Shown here: piece after piece, positions 58,686-64,000 of the stretch | How the letters are laid out: each line of letters starts with the position of its first letter | Position numbering within the stretch: the stretch's first letter is position 1 | NCBI GenBank assembly: GCA_046538075.1 | Contig: JBKHJN010000002.1 | Coordinates: forward strand, 21,465-85,464 | Reading direction: 5' to 3' | DNA length: 64,000 nt | DNA from: Desulfobacteraceae bacterium | Lineage (GTDB): Bacteria; Desulfobacterota; Desulfobaccia; Desulfobaccales; Desulfobaccaceae | Notes under the pieces: generated by a model | The model's database searches: none | What the model saw: only the letters and a program-made list of their open reading frames with translations | Told to the model about the DNA's origin: nothing | Position numbers and translations under genes: made by a program

Positions 58686-59270
58686 ATGCGCCGAAAGATT
58701 TTGGTAAACCTGATCGCCGTAATTCTCAGTCTGGGGCTGATCTCTTCTGGGGCACAGGCCGCCCCCCAGGCGGTGATGGTAATTGCCCCCGAAAATTTTC
58801 AAGATCAGGAGCTGTTGGTGACTAAACAGGTCTTGGAGCAAGGCGGCGTCAAGGTAGCGGTAGCCTCCACCGCCCAGGCGGAATGCCGCGGCATGCAGGG
58901 CGCCAGGATTAAGCCCGACCTGCGGTTAAAAGAGATTAAGGCAGCAGACTTCGACGCCCTGATCTTCGTGGGGGGCAGCGGCGCCTCAGTTTATTTCGAC
59001 GATCCCGCGGCTCTGGCCCTGGCCCGCCAAGCCGCAACCCAGGGCAAGGTAGTGGCCGCAATCTGCATTGCTCCGGTTACCCTGGCCCGGGCCGGACTGC
59101 TGAAGGACAAAAAGGCCACCGTTTATCCCAGTGGCCAAACCGACCTGGAGAAAGCCGGGGCCACCTATACTGGTACTCCGGTCACAGTGGACGGCAAATT
59201 GATCACCGCCTCCGGTCCGCCAGCGGCCGAGGCCTTTGGTCAGGCCATCTTGAAGCAGCTTCAGAAATAA
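58686..59270 (+). CDS. DJ-1/PfpI family protein with an N-terminal signal peptide
   Basis: MRRKILVNLIAVILSLGLISSGAQA signal. Nucleophile elbow VAAICIAP. ATG at 58686 after GGAGGAG. Confidence 0.8.
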   Translation: MRRKILVNLIAVILSLGLISSGAQAAPQAVMVIAPENFQDQELLVTKQVLEQGGVKVAVASTAQAECRGMQGARIKPDLRLKEIKAADFDALIFVGGSGASVYFDDPAALALARQAATQGKVVAAICIAPVTLARAGLLKDKKATVYPSGQTDLEKAGATYTGTPVTVDGKLITASGPPAAEAFGQAILKQLQK

Positions 59271-59273
59271 AAG

Positions 59274-59295
59274 CTCGGGTGTCCGGGCACCCGAG
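59274..59295. terminator. Hairpin between convergent DJ-1 and the VOC-like remnant
   Basis: CTCGGGTG-TCCGGG-CACCCGAG. Confidence 0.35.
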
Positions 59296-59343
59296 GCTCA
59301 TTAGCAGGCTGTTTGAATTCATTTTTAGGTGATGTCCTAAAAT

Positions 59344-59643
59344 TTACCTTTGCCAGCCGGCCGGCGGTTCCACAAAGCGGAAAAAATTGCCGTCCGCATC
59401 GGTTAGCATGATCCTTATTACCGGAAGGCAGCCGGAAAGCCCGGAGAGTTATTTCCAGGCCTTGGTCATAGATGACCGGCACATCGGTTTCCAGCAGTTC
59501 CGCGTTTACCTGGGTTACCTCGCCAATTTTTTCCCTGCCAAGACCAGAGAAAAAGTCTTATCGGAAACTTCATAATTCACGTTTTCGGCGCTTAGCACCT
59601 CTGAAACGGCCTTGAGTAGATCATTGGGGACATAAAGCTCCAT
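59344..59643 (-). pseudogene. Possible disrupted small VOC/glyoxalase-like gene
   Basis: The frame from ATG 59643 (MELYVPNDLLKAVSEVLSAENVNYEVSDKTFSLVLAGKK) stops after an A6 run. The sense continues in another frame (IGEVTQVNAELLETDVPVIYDQGLEITLRAFRLPS). It then returns to the first frame (VIRIMLTDADGNFFRFVEPPAGWQR-stop at 59344). DADGNFFRFVE resembles the VOC C-terminal DPDGN motif. Confidence 0.3.
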
Positions 59644-59973
59644 TTGCTCCTCCTGCATTGGATTAAACTCGGTTTTCGTGGTGTATCGATATTAAGTTTC
59701 GCTTAAAAAGCAATAAGTAAACACCTTGAATCGGAATGTCAATTAAAGCAAGCCCATTAATTTTAACGAAATATTTATGATCTAAAACAGCTCCCCTGGC
59801 TAAAGGCTGGTTTGATGCTTACAATAAAATTGATGCTATAAATGTTGGCTAAAGCTAAGATGGGGCTCAGGGGCTTATTGGCAATTAAGGTTGCATAGCA
59901 GCAGTAGATCTGGCAAATTTATTAAATAATTAACCGCAATCTAACCAGCGTACCCGGATCGAGGCTTCTATTC

Positions 59974-60423
59974 ATGGTGCAGGAATCCAACTCTTCCAAA
60001 AAATCCCAATCCGGTTACCGCCTGTTATCCCACACTGCGGATCTTGGTCTCCGGCTCTATGGAGACACCCTGGCCGACCTTTTTGCCAACGCCGCCCGGG
60101 GCCTGTATGGGGTCATGACTGATCGCCGGGGGATAAGACCATTAATCAGGCAGGAAGTAGAGGTAGAAGCCGCGGATTCCGGGGCCTTGCTGGTGGAGTG
60201 GCTCAATCAACTGTTGTATCTTTTTGAAACGACCGGTTTTTTAGGACGAGAAATAGAAATTAAGGAGGTCACTGCCAATCGACTCCGGGCCTCGCTAAAA
60301 GGGGAGCCGTTAGACCTGGAACGCCATCGACTAAATACCGGCATTAAGGCAGCTACCTATCATAACCTGGAGATCAAGGAGACTGCCGGAGGTTGGCAAG
60401 CTACAATAATTCTTGATATTTAG
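59974..60423 (+). CDS. Archease (RtcB activator/chaperone)
   Basis: YRLLSHTADLGLRLYG ... IKAATYHNLEI, 149 aa, immediately upstream of rtcB. Confidence 0.85.
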   Translation: MVQESNSSKKSQSGYRLLSHTADLGLRLYGDTLADLFANAARGLYGVMTDRRGIRPLIRQEVEVEAADSGALLVEWLNQLLYLFETTGFLGREIEIKEVTANRLRASLKGEPLDLERHRLNTGIKAATYHNLEIKETAGGWQATIILDI

Positions 60424-60446
60424 GGCAGCTAAGAGTTTGATAAACC

Positions 60447-61904
60447 ATGGTATCCAAACCGACTGAACTTAAGATCCGCCAGATTGATGAATATCGCTGG
60501 GAACTACCTCAAACCGGCAAGATGCGGACCCGGGGACTGATTTACGCCTCCCGGGAGATGTTGCCGGATATTCACTCCGATCAGAGCATCCAACAGGTGG
60601 CCAATGTCGCCACCTTGCCCGGCATCGAGGGGGCCTCGATGGCGATGCCGGATATCCATTGGGGCTACGGTTTCCCTATCGGCGGGGTGGCGGCCTTCAA
60701 TATGACCGAGGGCATAATCTCGCCAGGGGGGGTGGGCTATGATATCAATTGCGGCGTCCGGCTGTTGCGCACCAGGCTGGAGCGCCAAGAGGTCGAACCC
60801 ATCCTGGAAGACCTGGTTAACACCCTGTTCCGCAATATTCCCTCTGGCTTGGGCTCCCGGCGCAAGGATTTAAAACTCACTATCCCCACCCTGCGGCAAG
60901 TGTTACGCCTGGGGGCGGCCTGGGCGGTTAAGAACGGCTTTGGCACCGCTGATGACCTATCACACATTGAAGCCGGGGGGCAGATTCCAGGGGCTGATGC
61001 CGACCTGGTCTCGGACAAGGCCTTGGAGCGGGGACGCGACCAGTTGGGCACCCTGGGCTCTGGCAACCACTTTGTCGAAGTCGGCTATGTGGAGGAAATC
61101 TTTGATGAGTCCATAGCTCGGGCCTTCGGTCTATTTCCGCAGCAGGTTACCGTAATCATCCATACCGGATCCCGCGGCCTGGGGCATCAGGTCTGCGATG
61201 ATTATATTAAAATTATGATGAAGGCTGCGGCTAAATACAATATTGAATTGCCGGATCGACAGCTCTGTTGTGCGCCCATTAATTCGCCGGAGGGGGAGCA
61301 ATACCTGGCAGCTATGGCCGCGGCGGCCAACTTTGGCTTTGCCAACCGGCAATTGATCACCCACTGGGTGCGGGAATCCTTTGAACAAGTGTGTCAGGCC
61401 GGGCCCCGGGCCTTGGGTCTGGAACTGGTCTACGGCGTTGCCCACAACATGGCCAAGATCGAAACCCACACAATTAATCAGGTGACCAAAAAAGTCTGCG
61501 TGCACCGCAAAGGGGCTACCCGGGCTTTCCCGCCCCACCACCCGGAAGTCCCCGAGGCCTACCGGGAGGTGGGTCAGCCGGTACTCATTCCTGGCGACAT
61601 GGGCCGCTATTCTTATGTCCTGGTAGGAACCCCCCAAGCCATGGAGGAAACCTTTGGCAGTACTTGCCATGGCGCCGGCCGCCTCCTGAGCCGCCATCAG
61701 GCCATTAAGGCTGCCAAAGGCCGGTCTATTGCTCAAGAGTTGGCCACCAAAGGGATCATTGTGCGCAGTGCCAGCAAAGGAACGATGGCCGAAGAAATTC
61801 CTGAAGCTTATAAGGATGTGAATAATGTGGTGCAGGTGGTGGAGGGCGCGGGTATCAGCCATAAGGTGGCCAAATTGCACCCCTTGGGAGTAGTCAAAGG
61901 CTAG
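60447..61904 (+). CDS. rtcB: RNA-splicing ligase RtcB (3'-phosphate/5'-hydroxyl RNA ligase)
   Basis: PDIHWGYGFPIGGV, GYDINCGVR, GSGNHF, HTGSRGLGHQV, CHGAGR. Confidence 0.95.
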   Translation: MVSKPTELKIRQIDEYRWELPQTGKMRTRGLIYASREMLPDIHSDQSIQQVANVATLPGIEGASMAMPDIHWGYGFPIGGVAAFNMTEGIISPGGVGYDINCGVRLLRTRLERQEVEPILEDLVNTLFRNIPSGLGSRRKDLKLTIPTLRQVLRLGAAWAVKNGFGTADDLSHIEAGGQIPGADADLVSDKALERGRDQLGTLGSGNHFVEVGYVEEIFDESIARAFGLFPQQVTVIIHTGSRGLGHQVCDDYIKIMMKAAAKYNIELPDRQLCCAPINSPEGEQYLAAMAAAANFGFANRQLITHWVRESFEQVCQAGPRALGLELVYGVAHNMAKIETHTINQVTKKVCVHRKGATRAFPPHHPEVPEAYREVGQPVLIPGDMGRYSYVLVGTPQAMEETFGSTCHGAGRLLSRHQAIKAAKGRSIAQELATKGIIVRSASKGTMAEEIPEAYKDVNNVVQVVEGAGISHKVAKLHPLGVVKG

Positions 61905-61924
61905 TAAATTTTAATGTTTTTCCC

Positions 61925-61952
61925 TTGACAATTCTATTAATTCCAGTTTAAT
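61925..61952 (+). promoter_or_regulatory. Sigma70-like promoter for ffh
   Basis: TTGACA (61925-61930), 16 nt, TTTAAT (61947-61952). Confidence 0.45.
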
Positions 61953-61983
61953 TTAATAGATTAATTTTTTGTTGGCAGGCCTG

Positions 61984-63321
61984 ATGTTTGATCGATTATC
62001 CGACAAGCTATCTCAAGTTTTCAAGCAGCTGAAGGGGCACGGCAAGCTCACCGAAGTCAATGTTTACGCTGCCTTGCGCGAAGTCCGGTTGGCCCTGTTA
62101 GAAGCCGACGTCAATTATAAGGTGGCCAAGGCATTTATTGAGCGGGTGCGGGAACGGGCCCTGGGTCAGGAAGTCATGGCTTCTTTAACCCCCGGGCAGC
62201 AGATGGTCAAGATTGTCCATGAGGAGCTGATCGAGCTGTTAGGGGGCGAGGCGCCGCGGTTGGATTTAAGCGGCAAGCCCCCGGTCGCCCTGATGCTGGT
62301 CGGCCTCCAGGGTTCCGGTAAGACCACCACGGCTGCCAAGCTGGCTCTAAAATTAAAAAAACAGGGCCGGCAACCGTTTTTGGTCCCGGCGGATATTTAT
62401 CGACCGGCGGCCATTGACCAGCTCCAGAAGCTGGGGACCGAAATCGGGGTTGAAACTTATCAACTGCAGCCCGGTCAGAACCCGGTGGAGATCGCCGATA
62501 GCGCCATGGAACAGGCCTATACCCAGGGTTATGATACCGTGTTGCTGGATACCGCCGGCCGCCTCCATATTGATGCGGCGCTCATGGCCGAGCTTAAGGC
62601 CATTAAAGATCAGGTTGATCCCCAAGAGATTTTGCTGGTAGCTGATGCCATGACCGGCCAGGATGCGGTTCAGGTGGGCCAAAAATTTCACGAGCTTTTG
62701 AATCTCAGCGGGGTCATCCTGACCAAGATCGAAGGGGATGCGCGGGGCGGAGCGGCCCTGTCCATGCGGGCGGTGATCGACCGGCCCATCAAGTTTCTGG
62801 GGATCGGGGAAAAACTTGACGCCCTGGAGGTCTTTCATCCTGATCGCCTGGCCTCCCGGATTTTGGGCATGGGCGATGTCCTGACCCTGATCGAGAAGGC
62901 CCAGGAAGCCTTTGATAGCGAACAGGCCCAGGAACTGGAGCGCAAGCTCCGCAAAGAAAGTTTTACTTTAGAGGATTTTCGGGACCAGCTGAAACAGGTC
63001 CGCAAAATGGGCAGCCTGGAACAGTTGATGAACATGATCCCCGGCCTCAACCGGATGAAAGGCCTCAAAGGCATGCAGCCGGATGAACAGGAATTGGTCA
63101 GGATTGAGGCTATCATCAATTCCATGACTCCCAAAGAGCGGGCCCAACATCAGATCATTGATGGCAGTCGGCGGCGCCGCATTGCTCAAGGGAGCGGCAC
63201 CACGGTCCAGGAGGTCAACCGCCTGCTGAAGAATTTTGCCATGACCCAAAAAATGATGAAAAAAATGGTGCAGGCCGGAAAGAAGGGCGGCAAACCCAGG
63301 GGTATGCCCTTCGGCTTTTAA
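61984..63321 (+). CDS. ffh: Signal recognition particle protein Ffh
   Basis: MFDRLSDKLSQVFKQL canonical N-terminus (ATG 61984), GLQGSGKTTTAAKLA, DTAGRL, Met-rich M domain. Confidence 0.95.
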   Translation: MFDRLSDKLSQVFKQLKGHGKLTEVNVYAALREVRLALLEADVNYKVAKAFIERVRERALGQEVMASLTPGQQMVKIVHEELIELLGGEAPRLDLSGKPPVALMLVGLQGSGKTTTAAKLALKLKKQGRQPFLVPADIYRPAAIDQLQKLGTEIGVETYQLQPGQNPVEIADSAMEQAYTQGYDTVLLDTAGRLHIDAALMAELKAIKDQVDPQEILLVADAMTGQDAVQVGQKFHELLNLSGVILTKIEGDARGGAALSMRAVIDRPIKFLGIGEKLDALEVFHPDRLASRILGMGDVLTLIEKAQEAFDSEQAQELERKLRKESFTLEDFRDQLKQVRKMGSLEQLMNMIPGLNRMKGLKGMQPDEQELVRIEAIINSMTPKERAQHQIIDGSRRRRIAQGSGTTVQEVNRLLKNFAMTQKMMKKMVQAGKKGGKPRGMPFGF

Positions 63322-63530
63322 ATTACATTTCAATTTTCGCTAAAAAAACTTAGGGCATGGAGAAGGCTGTGGTTATGGTTGAAAAACCAGAGCCGGGGCG
63401 GAAGGCGTTAGGTTAATGCCCAGCCTTCCTTGATTTAAGCCTGAAACCATAGAGATCACATGCTTTTTTCTTGGCAACAATACCTGGCACCTAAAATGGA
63501 AAACTCAAAGATAGGGAGAAGATATAGTCG

Positions 63531-63800
63531 ATGGCTTTAAAAATCCGTCTCGCCCGCCATGGGGCTAAAAAACGACCTTTTTACCGGATCGTCGTGGCCA
63601 ATAATGAGGCGCCACGGGATGGCCGGTTTATTGAGATCATTGGCACCTACGACCCCAATCAAGAACCAGCCCGGGTCACCGTCAAGCCTGAACCATTGGC
63701 CCAGTGGCTGGAGCGCGGCGCCCGGCCCACCAAGACAGTGGCCAGCCTGCTGAAGAAATATGGTCTGGCCCCGGTTGCGGCTTCGGGACCACATACTTAA
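63531..63800 (+). CDS. rpsP: 30S ribosomal protein S16
   Basis: [23 protein letters not shown]. Confidence 0.95.
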   Translation: MALKIRLARHGAKKRPFYRIVVANNEAPRDGRFIEIIGTYDPNQEPARVTVKPEPLAQWLERGARPTKTVASLLKKYGLAPVAASGPHT

Positions 63801-64000
63801 CTTTAAAGGAGGAAAGCTTTGCAGACCCCGGGAAGGATTTTTACATTAATCCTGGGATTAACAGAGACTTAAGTCTTAGGTGAGCATGATCAGTGTGGCA
63901 GCAATCGTCCATCCGGTGCTCCAGGAGGGGCTAGTGGCACTGAAGCCACGGCCAACCCAGGCAAGCCCGTTTCCCAATGTTATCCGCTAACGGAGGTCCG

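Noticed and set aside
59879-59895. Sigma54-like element TGGCAA...TTGCA upstream of archease-rtcB (rtcBA is sigma54/RtcR-dependent in E. coli)
   Set aside because: 11 nt separate the GG and GC dinucleotides instead of the canonical 10, and no RtcR-like activator is nearby.
63353-63429. Mutually exclusive pairings in the ffh-rpsP spacer: GAAGGCTG (63362-63369) or GGAAGGC (63400-63406) with CAGCCTTCC (63421-63429), plus GGGCAT/ATGCCC
   Set aside because: The stems are only 6-8 bp, the arrangement is not a clean attenuator, and I know of no rpsP leader family for this lineage. Needs covariation evidence.
1-64000. Looked for CRISPR arrays, tRNA/rRNA genes, transposases, integrases, phage or defence-island signatures
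   Set aside because: I recognised none. There are no spaced direct-repeat arrays, no T-loop/anticodon-arm patterns in the intergenic regions, and no DDE or tyrosine/serine recombinase motifs in any tracked ORF.

Overview
Chromosomal, housekeeping-rich segment with visibly GC-rich coding sequence. I saw no rRNA, tRNA, CRISPR array, transposase or integrase. The centrepiece is a complete minus-strand locus for the APS branch of dissimilatory sulfur metabolism: sat, an unknown 101-aa gene, aprB, aprA, qmoA, qmoB, qmoC (56749 down to 47689). An intrinsic terminator follows it, then a YkgJ-type Cys-cluster protein and a 57-aa zinc-ribbon ORF that is missing from the ORF track. This points to a sulfate-reducing Desulfobacterota/Thermodesulfobacteriota-type organism, or less likely a sulfur oxidiser; direction and taxon cannot be fixed from this window. 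Other blocks: (1) a contiguous Pho cluster, phoB-phoR-porin-pstSCAB-phoU (15682 to 6662, minus strand); (2) a MEDS-PAS hybrid histidine kinase; (3) ftsY, a VanZ-like gene, two M16 peptidases and degP; (4) rpsB-tsf-pyrH-frr-uppS, ending in a 50-bp convergent overlap with uvrC; (5) a tightly packed envelope operon of GT2, a small anchored protein, a polytopic membrane protein and an EEP phosphoesterase; (6) a TetR-TolC-EmrA-USP-EmrB efflux unit; (7) a fusion of a degenerate nucleotidyltransferase with a CDP-alcohol phosphatidyltransferase, plus a flippase-like membrane protein; (8) stand-alone TrpB2, an exported DJ-1/PfpI protein, archease-RtcB, ffh and rpsP. Items most worth follow-up are the orphan gene inside the sat-apr operon, the paralogous YkgJ-like pair (one after qmoC, one heading a nitroreductase and Clp1-like kinase unit), the small zinc-ribbon ORF, the IPCT/DIPPS-like lipid cassette, and a cluster of three GC-rich palindromes at 2384-2520. 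All family assignments come from motif recognition by eye; no database search was run.
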